64,000 bases of DNA from Eledone cirrhosa (lineage: Eukaryota). Position 1 is the first letter of the stretch, and the number at the start of each line of letters is the position of its first letter. The position numbers and the translations under genes are program-made. Positions 33,591 to 47,200 of this stretch are shown in pieces. Below the pieces are notes generated by a model, which did not search any database, was not told the origin of the DNA, and saw nothing but the letters and a program-made list of their open reading frames with translations. The stretch lies in the NCBI GenBank assembly GCA_964016885.1, contig OZ024742.1, positions 342,054,001 to 342,118,000 on the forward strand, written 5' to 3'.

Positions 33591-35702
33591 TATATTAGTG
33601 CTACTTAGATGAAATGTGAGAAGCTAAAAGTGATAGCGAGAAAAAAAGTTCTAAGAAGTCGATGTTAATTATAGAGAAGAGTGATGGGGTGATCGAAAGA
33701 TTTAGGAATAAATTAAAACAATATCGATGTATATTAGATGTGAAGAATGATAAAAACTGAAGACTGAAAGATAGGAAGAGGCATATGAAGGAAAAGTTCT
33801 AATTACTATATTTGTTGAAAATGATCAAAATTTGACGAAATGGAAAGAAAAACTGCGCACTACAGTTTATGGAGCCGCTTATTATAATCACTGCTGTTTA
33901 TTGTTATCAAAACTAGTAGGTCGCAAAACAATTTCTATAATTTGTATAAATGTTATATGCCTATCTTTTTTTTTTTTTATCGAAAAGGCTTCGTCCCAGA
34001 GTAATAATCACAATAAGTGACTTCCATGAGAGAGAATTTCAGATTTACATATACGGGTATATGCAAATCAGAGAGGGCTAGAAGGAAGGAAGGAAGGTAA
34101 AAAGATTTTAATAGAATTAATACATGACAAAGGACAATTTGGAAGAACAAAACTAGTTTGAATATAAGAAATATTTTTTTCTGAATTAAAAGTCATGAAT
34201 CGAGAAGTGAAAATACAATTTATACTGGAACAGTAATTTGAATAAGTGGCCTTGTTAAAATCAACAAATTTGTTACCCATAAATTAACCTGTGTTAGGTT
34301 GATAAAATTGAAAACCAGATTTTTTTTTCTCATTCCTAAATCTGAGGCTAAGTATGATCATAAACATATTCCATTATATAAAAATACAATATTTTTTGTT
34401 GTAATACAGTAGAGAAAAAGAAAAATCTTCCAGCTACAAGGGAAAATATTTTTTCCCCCATAAATTAAAAATTTACAAGAGATTGAAAAAAAAAAAAATC
34501 TTCCAGCTAAAGAAAAACTATGCGAAAATATTTCATGTATATAAATATAACTAGTTTATTGACTTAAGGAAAGGCATGAACTTCACAATCATTTCCATTC
34601 CAGACAAAATAGATATGGTCTTTAGCTCTACAATATCAGTATCTGGTGTCTTGTAAGGGCTACGTTTTCTATTGTGTCCTTCACATTTAAATGTACTTTA
34701 GCTGCTATTTTTAGCAAATTGAGCGACCTTGTCGTAGGCTCACTCATTAAATGGCGTTGGTATCTTTAATGTCCTTGAGAAAGACATCTCATTTCTTCCA
34801 AACATCAACAGAAATGTGGCCGTATTGCTGTATTATTGATAGGAATACAAAAAGGAAAAATATCCCTCCAAATAAAAACATCTAATTTCAAATATTTGTT
34901 TTTTAAATGGGTGCAGCAAACACGACCTCCAAATGACCTTCACCTGAAAGTAGTCAAGGTCGTGTATCCTAGAGTGTTTGGGGCTATTTTTCCTGAAATT
35001 CTTAGAAATACAAACAAAAAGACTTATCAAGTAAATTCGTTAGGATTAAAAGTTAGTATTAATATCAAAGCTGTTAATAGTGGAGAGGACGAAGTAGAAA
35101 AGAAAGTAATGAATAGAGAGGAAACATCACACGCCATTAATGAGGTGTGTACGGAGTACGTGACAGTTGAGGCAGGAACAACACACACAAGAACAATACC
35201 AGACAGGCAATAAATATCACAGAACAAATATATATATATACAATCAATCTTTTAACAATTGATAGTGTGAAAATTAAATAAAAGACCCTTTGTTGTTGAA
35301 TTAATGATCAGAGAGAGAGACGGTCTCGTCGGCCTACTTTCAAAAACGCCTTTTCTCTCAAGGCGGCAGCGATTAACAAAAGTTTAAATGGAGAAAGCAA
35401 ACGACTACACACAACATACGTTATAGAAAGATTATACATACATAAATACAAAAGGCTAGCTCTATTCTTTTCCCTTTTATGAAAAGAAATTTATTCACTT
35501 GGAGAAAGCAACGACAGCACACGAAAAGATTATACATACATACATATATACCTTATATAAGGAATCTACATAAAGATCATGCATACATATGTTAATACAA
35601 AAGGCCAACTATATTCTATTTATACAATCTAAACCATATTCTATTAAATATTGAACCGTAACTCAGTAAAATTAAATTATATATTTCATATTAAGTGTAA
35701 TA

Positions 35703-36075
35703 AAACAAAGGGGTCCTCCAATATCTTAAGGTTTTTAGATCCGGCATCGATTATAACACGTATTAAAATATTAAATTAGATTAAATCTGCAACACTCAAT
35801 GTAATATTTTAAGTTTTTACAAACAGATGTTATTTTAGCTCTGTAAACCAACTTAAAGCCTTCATATTTTAAAATCTTTCATATTAAGTGATATATTTTA
35901 AAATATGAGGGCTTTGAGCTGATTTACAGAGCTAAAATAAATGTTTGTAGAAACTTAAACTATTACATTGAGTGTTTCAAATTTAATCTAATTTAATATT
36001 TTAATGTTATAATCGATGCCGGATCTAGACAGTAAAACCATAAGATATTATAACCTTGGAGAACCCCTTTGTTTA
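35703..36075. mobile_element. Diverged fold-back / MITE-like inverted repeat, ~170-bp arms and ~20-bp loop
   Basis: For example TAGATCCGGCATCGATTATAACA pairs with TGTTATAATCGATGCCGGATCTA; the arms have many mismatches and indels. Confidence 0.8.
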
Positions 36076-36861
36076 AAAATTACACCAAGAGGGTCCTACA
36101 GAGAAAAAAAATTAAACTGCCTAAAATTTCTATTTCCAGGCCCATATAGGATCGTGATGCTGTAAGATTGGTTTTCATTTAGTTTATGTCTAAAAACCAA
36201 CATTAGTTATAATAAACTAAAAATAGCACAACGATCATCATATTTAATGTTTCCTGCTAGTATATATAATTATGTTGCTCTACCAAGTGAACGAAGCAGT
36301 GCTCGGCCAACTGAATATACACTTGGATATTAATTAATAATTATATATATTATATATATATTATACATATGTATATTAACACACACACACACATATATAT
36401 ATATATAATTTATTCAAAATTTCTAGGAAATATGTTTGTAATAAATATATTCAAGCTTTTGTCTAACATTACTTAATATGAGGGGAAAAATACGTTGCAA
36501 ATAAAATGTCCTTGAGAAAAAAGATTTATAGATGCATGAACATCACAAAATCTCATCGCTTTATAAATAGGCGATGAAAATTATATAATTATATATTTGT
36601 AAAGAAATAATTTGTCTTTAAGCTAAATAAATGAAGAAAATAACGGATTATTTTTAAAAATAGAAACAATAATGTTAGCAAGGCGAAGGTATGTCTGTTA
36701 ATTGTCAAGGACGAATGACGTCCGACATCATGTCATGGGTAACGTTAGGAGGAAAATTATATACACACACATTTATATATATATATATATATATATAAAA
36801 CCACAGATATATATATATATATATATAAAACCACAGATATATATATATATAGATATATATA

Positions 36862-36901
<40 letters not shown>

Positions 36902-37326
36902 GCACATACATAGATACATACATACATACGTACGTGTGTGTGTGTCTACGTATACACTTTTAAAATATATATAAATAAATATATATTAAAGATAAATAAC
37001 AAACCGGAATAATTCCAGATACAAAGAGAGAAAGGAGAGAAAAAGATGAATTTTTCCCCTCTTTTCGGGTGGAGTTTCAGGAGTACCCAACATAAATTTT
37101 TTATTACAATTATTTCAGAAATCTACCTTTTTGGTGTTGGGACAATTATAGGACAATTATAATTCAACAAATTTTTTTTTTTTTTTCCAATAAAAAAAAA
37201 AAATAAATAAAAATAAAAAAAAAAATCATCCCATCCCCAGGAACTTTTATTTTGGCTTGGCTGCAATTTCTAGTATGTAGAGCGACCACGCAAGTGCTCC
37301 ATTGTTAGGCCATCCTGCTCTCTCAT

Positions 37327-37377
<51 letters not shown>

Positions 37378-37590
37378 TTGCGGGTATAATGATACTAGAG
37401 AGAGAGAAGGAAAAAAATTTTTCCATAATTTTTTCTTAATTTCATAAAATCCTCAGAAACAAATTATAGAGATATATATATATATATATATAATGTATGT
37501 GTGTATATGTATGTCTGATGAGCTATGAACGAGAAATTAGGGAGTTAAAACGGGTGTAAATAAGAGATAGTTGAGAGAACGTCTCCTTAC

Positions 37591-37730
37591 CTGAACACAA
37601 AGTCGTGATCTGAGCAGGCAGACGTCAGTCGAGCATGCGTACTAGTATACTGTTGGTCGAGTCCACTATAGACTTGCCATACGGGGGTGTGGTAGCATGA
37701 AAAATACAGGCATACCCGGCGTTACGGTAA
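37591..37730 (-). promoter_or_regulatory. Candidate distal promoter / non-coding first exon
   Basis: Locally CpG-rich unique patch ending in a strong CAG|GTAAGG donor (GT at 37590-37589). Contains TGACGTC (CRE-like) and GCATGCG (NRF1-like) motifs. Confidence 0.45.
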
Positions 37731-37758
37731 TCTCACTCTCTCTCTCTCTTCCTCTCTG

Positions 37759-37816
<58 letters not shown>

Positions 37817-37820
<4 letters not shown>

Positions 37821-37889
37821 AAGTGCTTTATATCAGTTATACAATTTTTTAAGCTTGTTGAATCCCAACAAATTAAATATAACCTCTGC

Positions 37890-37925
<36 letters not shown>

Positions 37926-37934
37926 ATATATATG

Positions 37935-37981
<47 letters not shown>

Positions 37982-37982
37982 G

Positions 37983-38042
<60 letters not shown>

Positions 38043-38112
38043 GAGGTTATATTTAATTTGTTGGGATTCAACAAGCTTAAACATTTTTATAACTGATATA
38101 AAGCACTCAACA
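37817..38112. repeat. ~75-bp inverted repeat enclosing a (TA)n/(TATG) tract; the right arm is the extension of the adjacent palindromic element
   Basis: 37817-37892 is the approximate reverse complement of 38038-38112; homologous to 55610-55683. Confidence 0.85.
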
Positions 38113-38130
38113 AATTAGTGGAGTAAATAC

Positions 38131-38454
38131 ACAATATATTAATAAATGGAAACTATATTTATAAAACCATATTTATTTTATTATATATATTTCAAAGGCA
38201 ACCAAGGCAAATTATGGTGCGCTTTCATCAGATAAAATACAGATTTGTTTTATAAATAAATATTGACATATTGACCCGGAAAAAAAGACAACCTTAACGG
38301 TTGGAGCTTCCTGGTATGTCAATATTTATTTATAAAACAAATCTGTATTTTATATGATGAAAGCGCACCATAATTTGCCTTGGTTGCCCTTGAAATATAT
38401 ATAATAAAATAAATATGGTTATATAAATATAGTTTCCATTTATTAATATATTGT
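38131..38454. mobile_element. Palindromic Penelope-like element, 140-bp arms and 44-bp spacer
   Basis: 38131-38270 vs 38315-38454 with about 3 mismatches; homologous to 55700-56054. Confidence 0.85.
38174..38239 (-). ncRNA. Minimal type I hammerhead ribozyme (the plus-strand mirror 38346-38411 has a C>A core change)
   Basis: TATTTTAT CTGATGA AAGCGCACC..GGTTGCCTTT GAAA TATATA TA^ ATAAAATA. Confidence 0.78.
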
Positions 38455-38480
38455 ATATATATATATATATAAACAATATA

Positions 38481-38541
<61 letters not shown>

Positions 38542-38566
38542 GAATATGCATAAATGTTTGTATATA

Positions 38567-38628
<62 letters not shown>

Positions 38629-38688
38629 AATATATATATATACATACATGCATACATATACATACATACAAACATATATAGATAGATA

Positions 38689-39949
38689 TATTTCTTTATT
38701 TACCATAAAGGCATAAAAAGAAGGGACAAATAGAAAGGGGGAGTTTACATATAATCGAGTAAAAAGGGTGTAACATGAAAATAATCGAAAATAACCTCAA
38801 AAGGGAGGCGACGTGATGGGGGTTGCACACACCCCCGAAAAAGTGTGCAATCCTTTGCCCGGGGAGCACATGGAGAAGGTGCTCCCCTCTCCTTTACTTC
38901 TTTACCTACAGGAAGGTATACAGAGAAGGCCCATTTACACGAGCCATTCTCGCCACTATCACCCACCTTTCATAAAACTGCCTGTGGCCAAGCACCTCTC
39001 TCTCCATTCTTATCCTTCTTCCGAAGTGATATCGGAAGAAGTAGACCAGACTATGGCCAGAGAGGAAGTTGCCTGACCTCAGACCTTTCAATCGTGTCCA
39101 CCAAACAACCTCTTTCAACATGGCTATTACGCACAGAAAAACCGCCTTTGCTTCCTTTGTGAAGAGGGGAGGCGGTTTGATTGTCATCACGGACTCGGTG
39201 GTCAATTGAATCGGCGCCACCCGCGACAGCAGTCGTTCGGCGTAGCCCCACAGATCAGCCACGCCCGGACATTGCACCAATGCGTGCGCAACGGTTTCTT
39301 CGTGACGCACGCATCTAGGGCAAATCTTTTTTGAGGGATCCCTGCCCGGGCGCCCGTGTCTGTAGAGCCTCTCTCGAACGGGTAGAGCCCCCCGGTAGCA
39401 CTGCCAGGCCAGTGACTTCTGGAAGTTGTCCATTGGTCCTGGGCCGAAAGTCCTACCGAACAGGCTGGCCAGTTCGTCTTCTTCCATGTCCAGCGACTCT
39501 CCAAGGGTGTCATCGCCCCTGCTAGCCACCAGCCCTCTATAGAATGATGAGGTGGATTCTCCACCGATGGCCTGGCCCGCTTGCCAGAGAGCCCTGAGCG
39601 CCTGAGCACACTCAGTGTGCCAGTCTCCCAGTTTTCCGGATCTTTGCTTGACCCAGGACTGTAGCTCGGTGAGCGAGACGAGTCTCGGAAAGGCTCGTTT
39701 CACGAACGGAGCCCACACCGGTTGACCAGTGAGGAATACCTGTAGGTGCCGTAGCCTTAATGCGTGCCTACGCATCATCAACCACGGCATCCCCAGCCCT
39801 CCTTTCGAAGGTTGTTGGCAGCAGATGGATCTTCTCACCATAGGAGGGCGCTTCTTCCAAAGAAATTGGAAGAGCATGCGTTCCATGGTGGTGAGTGTTT
39901 CCTTAGGGCGAGGCACGACAGTCAGGCGGTAGTAAGTGACGGACGCTAT
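38689..39949 (-). mobile_element. 5'-truncated L1/Tx1-clade LINE 3' end (post-RT region with CCHC zinc knuckle) and a 19-bp TSD
   Basis: FQFLW, KGGLGMP, ALPVRERL and CPRC..ETVAHALVQC motifs; AATAAA near the 3' end; AAACATATATAGATAGATA at both 38670-38688 and 39950-39968. Confidence 0.9.
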
Positions 39950-40219
39950 AAACATATATAGATAGATAGACATTTACTTACATACATGGATACATAAGTA
40001 CATACATACACAACATACATTCATGCATACATTACACACATACACACGCACACATATATATATATATATATATACACTCACACACACACACAACCATCAC
40101 ACATGTTTTCCCCCCTTTCTTCCTCTTCTCACTCTCTATCTTTCTATTTTTATTTTATTTTTATTTCTATCTTTTGATGAAAGACTAATGTCGGAAACGT
40201 AAAGTATTTCACTTCTTCA

Positions 40220-40480
40220 TTGTGTGTGTGTGTGTGTGTGTGTGGATGTGTGTGTGTGGATGTATGTGTGTGTGTGGATGTGTGGATGTGTGTGTGTGTG
40301 GATGTATGTGTGTGTTTGTGGATATACGTGTGTATGTTTGTGGATGTGTGGATGTATGTGTCTGTGGATGTCTGTGTATGTATGTGTGGATGTGTGTGTG
40401 TGTGTGTGTGTGGACGTGTGTGTGCGGGTGTATGAATGTGTGTGTGACTATGTGTTTGTGTATTTGTGTGTATGTGTGTG
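40220..40480. repeat. (TG)n/TGGATG compound microsatellite
   Basis: Direct inspection. Confidence 0.95.
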
Positions 40481-40956
40481 ATCTGTCGTGTAATGGAGAG
40501 GGAGAATGCAGATAAACTATAAGTGATAGGGGGCGCAGTTGTCTGGCAATATGATGTCATTACTATGTATCAAGCCACGGGTTGTATGTGGCCCGTTTGG
40601 CTTTCTGAGTTGCATGCCTAATTTCAAAATTGCCTTGAATTCTTTAGTAGTGCGGCCCGCCTTAAAGTGAGCCTCATCCACTGTGGCCCTCTACTCGAAA
40701 AATGCTGCTCCTGCCTGGTTTATCAGAAACACCAACACAACCTCCATCAACACCAAAACCAATACGACAAACGCCATTACCAGCCCACCAACTACCTATC
40801 ATCATACAGTACTTCCTCTCACCTCGCGCCTTCATCCTTTTAGCTTCTCATTTTCATTCTGACGCCCGTAGAAATAAAACAGAATTCTTTCGCTCTCGTA
40901 AAACAATTCTTTCCTGATGCTATTTTACAGTATATTTGTTATTCTCAGGCGCCATT

Positions 40957-41120
40957 GGGTGTACCTACAATTCGAGACAACTGGAAAGATGGGTGTTCCT
41001 ACAATTCAAGATATCTGGAAAGATGGGTGTACCTACAATTCGAGACAACTGGAAAGATGAGTTTACCTACAATTCGAGACATCTGGAAAGATGAGTTTAC
41101 CTACAATTCAAGATGTCTAG
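40957..41120. repeat. 34-bp tandem repeat, about 4.7 copies
   Basis: Unit GGGTGTACCTACAATTCGAGACAACTGGAAAGAT. Confidence 0.9.
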
Positions 41121-41129
41121 ATAGAACCC

Positions 41130-42620
41130 ATTAAGTGGACGCAAAAGCAATAGTGCTAAAAGAAACCGTAAATGTATTACATTGGGTTAAAATTGATGTT
41201 TTTAAAAAGGTTTCATGTAGGAGAACATATCAGCCACATTGCCAAAACATAACTTACAACGCCTACAAAGGGCACAATATGTGACAATGAAAAGAAAATT
41301 AAGTCAAGTGCTCAAGAGGCTACTTCGTTAACTGCTCAGACATTGTTTTTTCATGGATCTAATGTGATGATTAAAATGGAACAACTCTTGAGTGCATTGG
41401 TCGACAATCAAACTCAAAGTAATGTACTGATATGCATGTTGGTACTCTCGGGTCCCAAATAATAAGGAGCGGAAGATGGTTCCAAGAAAAACAAGAAAGG
41501 TAAAGTGTCAAATCAAAATCCTTTTCTGGCTATTAAAGATTGATTTAAAGGGTTTAAGAAGGGCTTGAATTTGCACGACATTAAAATGTTTGTGAAGGGC
41601 TGGAGATAATGATTGCTTGGAAAGCGATGGGGTTCTTCTGCAGGTAATATATAATTCAAGTCCTTGCCGATATAGCCATCCAAATATATAAGGAATTTTG
41701 AGGGTTATGCAAAGTTTAATCTACCATTGATTTTGGCGTTTCTATGAGAAGGCTTAGATAACAAAGATCCTTTTCAAAGAGATGTTTACAAACATTTTCT
41801 CTTCTGTTGTAGAGGGGTACAGTGCTATAAGGGGATACAGTGCTAGATAAAACACTTCTAATAAAACACTGCTCCTTTTAAACAACGCACCAAACCACCC
41901 AGAGAACCTTAAATAGCTTTCTGATTAAGCAAAATTAGAGTACGAGAGCCGGCTGAAAATTTCATAGGTTGACCAATATACTCTCGTGGAATGACCAAAT
42001 GAGATTTATTTTTCAAATAGTCCCTGGAAAGAGACAATGCAGTTATTAATAAGAAGTGAAATTAATGCATGCAAGATTTCACTCCTTCATAGTCAGCCTA
42101 TGAACTTTTCTACCGACCCTTGTATATCCCTAAAAGCACGTCTTTGCTCCAGCCTTTGCATCAAAGATATATTATCTGAGAACTTTTAAACAATTTATGA
42201 AAGTAATTGATGAGGAAGATAAACCTAGATTCAGGGACTTCTAAAAAACGTTCAATATTATGAATTCTGTGGATAGCATAGCTGAGTCGAGGGATGTAAC
42301 TCAACTTTGAACGGTACTTGGAATAAATATATGGCCAGATTGTATTCGTGATTTTACAAGTTTTTCACAAGCATAAAGTTTACTTCAAACTCGGAAAGAT
42401 ATTGTGATACTTTCAAATGATGTAGTGTTTGAAGCAGTCATAGAAAATGATATGTTTCAGTTTCTAGGATCCCATAGTTTATCTTATGAGCAACTGATAC
42501 TGTTAGAAGAAGAGCAAGCTGAGAATACAATTCCAACAACTCTAGTTAAAGTAACTACAAAGAATATTTCTAAAGGATTGATTCTTTTAGAGGAACGTTT
42601 GTAAGTTTATTTTCTCTTTT
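41130..42620 (+). pseudogene. Highly decayed pogo/Tigger-like transposase relic
   Basis: Broken frames give MEQLLSALVDNQ (CENP-B HTH-like), FKGFKKGLNLHDIK, LLLLNNAPNHPENL and TSLLQPLHQ, which resemble DDE_1 motifs; many stops and frameshifts. Confidence 0.65.
41941..42124. mobile_element. Mariner-type MITE nested in the pogo relic
   Basis: Imperfect ~31-bp TIRs (CGAGAGCCGGCTGAAAATTTCATAGGTTGAC / GTCAGCCTATGAACTTTTCTACCGACCCTTG) flanked by TA. Confidence 0.8.
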
Positions 42621-42985
42621 ATGCCTAAATTAGAAACCATTATTTAATTCTGGTGTTTTACTGTCTTGGTACCAGTGGTTCCAAGGGTTATTTTTTCATG
42701 TAACCCGTCTGTAGTTTTATTTTCTCTTTTTTTTTTTTTTTTTTGCTGATAATGACCCTCGTCGTGAACGTGGCATAAACATTACAAGAGAAGTTTAAAA
42801 TGAGTTGTATAAGGATTGATACGCCATAAACATCAAATAACTTTTGATAAGTTTTTCAGCGATCCCAAAGCAGATGATGATGATTATGATGATGATGATG
42901 ATTGCAGAAAATAATGACCTAGATCCTTCCAGTAACTCTCATTCTATCACCTCCCATCAGTCGTGGTCGAGGTTGTACAGCAGCT

Positions 42986-43140
42986 GAGTCCATCATCCAA
43001 CGGTACCCACATCGTCGGAGTCCATCACCCAACGGTACCCACATCATCGGAGTCCATCACCCAGCGGTACCCACATCAGCGGAGTCCATCACCCAGCGGT
43101 ACCCACATCAGCGGCGTCCATCACCCAGCGGTACCCACAG
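42986..43140. repeat. ~32-bp GC-rich tandem repeat, about 5 copies
   Basis: Unit GGAGTCCATCACCCAGCGGTACCCACATCAGC. Confidence 0.9.
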
Positions 43141-45009
43141 CAGCAGTTGAGAGGACAGCCTCCCCTAATCACCAGCTAGGGGTGCTCAGTCACTCCCATC
43201 AATCAACATCTTTTGTAGTGACGACGTACCCTGTTACGATTCTTATTTATTCCCTAACGTATTTCTCTCCAGATGTTTATATATATTGTACTGTGTGTGT
43301 TCATAAATTGTTATTTTCATTCATAAAAATGATTATGTTAATGAGATACGTTCTGACGTATTTTTTTAACGTAAAAATGAGTCGAAAATTTGTTTCTGGT
43401 ACCGGCAAGATTTTCCGTAACGCGAGCGATTGGTGTAAAGCTGTTGGTCGAATCTATTATATACTTGTGGTCGTGGCTAGTCTATGTGAACATTAGCTAG
43501 ATAATTAATATTTATTTCTCAACGTTTTAGGCACAAAGCCAGTTATTGTTGTTACATTAAATAGCAATGCAGTTTGTCTGAATTGACAAGCTATTTGTAC
43601 TTTACGTTATCGACCCACGAGGGGAGCGAGAATGGTATGCAAATGAGGGAAGGGTGAAGTGAGGCGACAAAAAGCAATCTTAAGTGTCTCGTGATTTAAA
43701 GAGACAAAAAAAAGCAACTAAATTATTGTATTCCATGAAATAATTCTGCTGCAAGGGCGGTGAATTGGCAAAGTTGTTAAAGCGTCGGACAAATGTTTAA
43801 CTGTTTCTTTAGGGTCTTTACTTTCTGAGTTCAAATCCCGCTGAGAATTTTGCTTTTTATCCTTCAGAGGTTGAATAAATAAAGCAACAGTCAAGCACTG
43901 GGGTCTGTATAATCTACTTTCTATTCCCCCAAAATTGTTGGCCTTATTCCTAAATTAGAAACATTATTTAATTCTGGTGTGGCGGTGTATTGGCAGTATC
44001 GGTAGAGGGTCGGACGCCATGCTTTGACGCATAGAGTTACGGCCCTTTCCATTCTGAGTTCAAATCCAGCCGAGGTTAACTTTGCCTTTCATCCTTACGG
44101 GGTCGATAAAATAAAGTACCAGTAATGCACTGAGTAATTGCTGGCCTTGTGCCCAAAGTAGAAACAATTATGTAAAATGTCCCCATTTTGCATCATTTCT
44201 CTCCGTTTTGGAGCACTTTTTTTCATTGTTCTCCCCGTTTGGGTTTTTAGAAGTTGGCAGGTCTGATATATTTGTGTGGGGGTGGGTTATTTTTCTTGGT
44301 TGGGGAAACGATTTCCCCAGCGCATTGGTATCGATATTTATAGTGTCCCACAAGGAAAACATGACTGCAAATCAAATTGTTTATTTTAGACATGGAATAC
44401 AACAAATCCATAAGACATGAAAAATGTAGAATTCACTTCCAATTCAAAACAAGCATAATGTTGTCATTAACATTATATTAATACATGGTTAACAGAAAAG
44501 GAAAGTATTTTCGTAGAATGTTACGTTTAGATGTAATTGAACTTTTAAGCAAGATATTTAATAGAGGCTCTTTTAGAAAGAAACAGATTGGATGCGTGAA
44601 TGTAAACGAGTGAAGAAATTGGATGGATGGACGGACCCATAACTCTTAATAGAGCTGTAGGGGTGCTGTAGTAACATGCAAGGTATCTGGGCAAATTGTT
44701 AAACCTGGTGGATCCCATTTCCTCTCCATGTCTGAACACAACCGATTCAGAGCAAAAGAGTGATAGATAGTCAGTGATAGAGTCGACTTCAGTAGTGGAA
44801 TGGTACTTTTTTAACGACCTCGAAAGAATGAAAAGTAAATTTGACCTCGGTGAGTTTTGAACTAAAAGCTCATAAAGCTAGAGCAAATACCACATTTTAT
44901 TTTATCCGACGTTCAAACGATTCTACCAATTCACCGTCTATATATTCATATACTCATGCACAATGACACAAATATATTGTTATATTCTATATGACTAAAA
45001 TAGAAATAC

Positions 45010-45338
45010 ATTTGTCTCTCGGTATTCGCGGAGGTTACGTTCCTAAAGCACCTGCGAAGCGTGAAAAACCGCGAATATTTGACGTGATCCATAAACGGTC
45101 TATAAACGTCAAAACATAACGTAAAATATAGGCCGAAAAATACGGTATATTGTTGTTAATACTTCAGCGTTAAAAAGCGTGATAAAATATATATTGCCAC
45201 GAAAAAAAAACATCAAAAAATCGCGGAAGTTATTTAGGATTCCGCGAATATGTGGTAGTTTCCACGAACAATTATTAGTTATGTTCTAAGAAAAAATCCG
45301 CGAATAACCGGGACCGCGGATGCCGGAGTACACTGTAT
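45010..45338. mobile_element. Tigger-like MITE
   Basis: CpG-rich island with multiple CCGCGAATA/TATTCGCGG subterminal motifs in inverted orientation, ending CACTG-TA. Confidence 0.65.
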
Positions 45339-45579
45339 AATGTTAAATTGTCTATTGTGCTAATGTAGTTAGTCTTTACTTTTATAATAAATTGTTTCAC
45401 TATTGATACAGTGAAATTGATTTAATCAAGTGACAGAAATAATCAATTTGTACTTCACACAATCCCACTTCTCACGAGGTAGCTTTTTACAGGATGGAGG
45501 AAGTAGTAGCAAAGACCTGTTGTTGCTTATGGAGCAGGAGAGAGGAGATAAACTGGAAACCAGGGCAATAAATGGGCAA

Positions 45580-46095
45580 TTCTTCTTCTTATCGTGTCCA
45601 CAAGTGTCAGCTACAAAGCTTGGTTAGATGTGGTTCCACCACAGCTGAACACATTACTGTCCTTTCTCATTAAACTTGCCAAGTCCATTGCTGCGCAGGG
45701 GTGTTCCAGTAGGGGGCGTATCAGGAAGTGCTGCATAGTCTGTGGTTCTATGCCGCAGTCACACAACGTCCCCATCCTTTAAATATACCCATTTTGTACG
45801 TCCAACACCAGATTTTAGTCTGTTGAGGCATTTCCACACTGCATAGTTTGTATCTGCTCCGGAAGGAAGGGGCGGGGGTGCCTTTCTCACCTTTAGCTCC
45901 ATTGTTGTTACAGACGGGAGGTTGTTACGTTTTTCTTCCCAGCGAGTGACTCTTTCACTACTTATGCTTGATGTTCCAAGGGGCGTGACGCTCTTTAGGA
46001 AACTTTTCCTGAATTTAAAGCGGCTTTTGGCTGGCACATGGCCGAAGACAGGATGTTTTTGATCTGTAGTCTGTTGTTGACGCTCTTTCTTGCTT
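45580..46095 (-). mobile_element. LINE (RTE-like) 3' fragment with a Cys/His motif and (GAA)n tail
   Basis: WKCLNRLKSGVGR followed by CDCG..QTMQH in a shifted frame; ends GATAAGAAGAAGAA. Confidence 0.65.
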
Positions 46096-46234
46096 ACTGC
46101 ACTGATTTGGCAATGATTTGGCCATTGTTGCTGAACCACCAAGAGAGGGCGTTAAGGTTAAGAGTCAAAACATTCAATGAAGGTTGGACGTCGTCGTCAG
46201 ATGTCAATGTCTCCTGGTCAATGTTATGTACATT

Positions 46235-47200
46235 TTTTGTCAACAAGTTATTCCGGTACAATAGACTTCTGAACTTCTGGAGATGATGAATCCTTCCAAA
46301 CAATATTTTGCGGCTGATTGGTTGTTGAAGACATCCTTGAAAGAAACTGTTGAAATGTTTGAAAAAGTGGTGAAAGATCCATTGAATTTTACTGGAAGAA
46401 GCAAAACTTCCTGGTCCAATTCGTTCAATCCTGGAGTGCTGGTTGTACTATATGTGGTCAGAGGTTGTGTAAATTGATTTGGCCTATTCTATGGACCAAT
46501 GTTAAATACACACGTTGGGGTTTATTTTATTCATTTCTTTGATTTCGTGACAATACTTCTCTGCTGTGACTGTTTTGTCAGGATTCAGAAAGCTGTAATG
46601 GATTAATCCGGCTTCGGGCCACTAAACTGTCACCATGACCTTCTTTGGTTCAACTTCAGATTTGTAAGTGTTTAGGAACTTCATCTCGGCTCAACCACTC
46701 AGATGAACGTCATCCGTTGTTGTATATGATCCATCTTTTATTGCAAGTCACGCTGCGATCAAGAAATGGATTGCTTGTGTTAGGCGAAAGAGGCGAAGAA
46801 CAGACTTCATAACGGCGATTTTTCTGGTCTTTATTCAATTCGTGTGGCATTCATTTTTCAAGGTTCTTTGGTTTTCAAATGTGGTTCAAATCTTCAGAAA
46901 TTATTCCTATGCTTACATCTTGCTCTCGCACAAGCTCTCAAAGAGTTGTATGAGGATTTGTTTCCACCGTTGTCAATGACAGATTAACGCCCACGACCGT
47001 TTTTATCTTCAAGAGTGAATTCACCACGATGAAAGTTTTGAAACCAAAGTTGCATTGTGCATTTATTAACTCTTCCTTGGAGCTAAATTTCATTGATGTT
47101 TATAGTCGTTGTACTGCACTGCAGCCGAGTTTAAACCCATAGAAATAAATTTGGCGAATATCTTGTTTCGACAGCTTAGCTTCAAAGATCTGAAAATTGT
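46235..47200 (-). pseudogene. Decayed mariner transposase
   Basis: Fragments: KQDIRQIYFYGFKLG (N-terminal HTH), FLDRSVTCNKRWIIYNN (first catalytic D region), KKVMVTV..GLIHYSFL, HFFKHFNSFFQG..FNNQ. Multiple stops and frameshifts. Confidence 0.85.

Noticed and set aside
32363-33612. Three overlapping ~400-aa His/Pro/Thr-rich ORFs
   Set aside because: Stop-free 23-bp minisatellite open in all three frames; the unit length is not a multiple of 3.
34836-35213. 125-aa ORF
   Set aside because: No recognisable motif or convincing splice context; likely a chance ORF.
37509-37545. CTGATGA...GAAA hammerhead-like core
   Set aside because: No convincing stem I, II or III pairing around it.
40957-41120. 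34-bp repeat as a CRISPR array
   Set aside because: No spacers; simple tandem repeat.
42963-43496. 177-aa ORF
   Set aside because: Driven by a 32-bp tandem repeat and AT-rich flank, non-ATG start, no domain.
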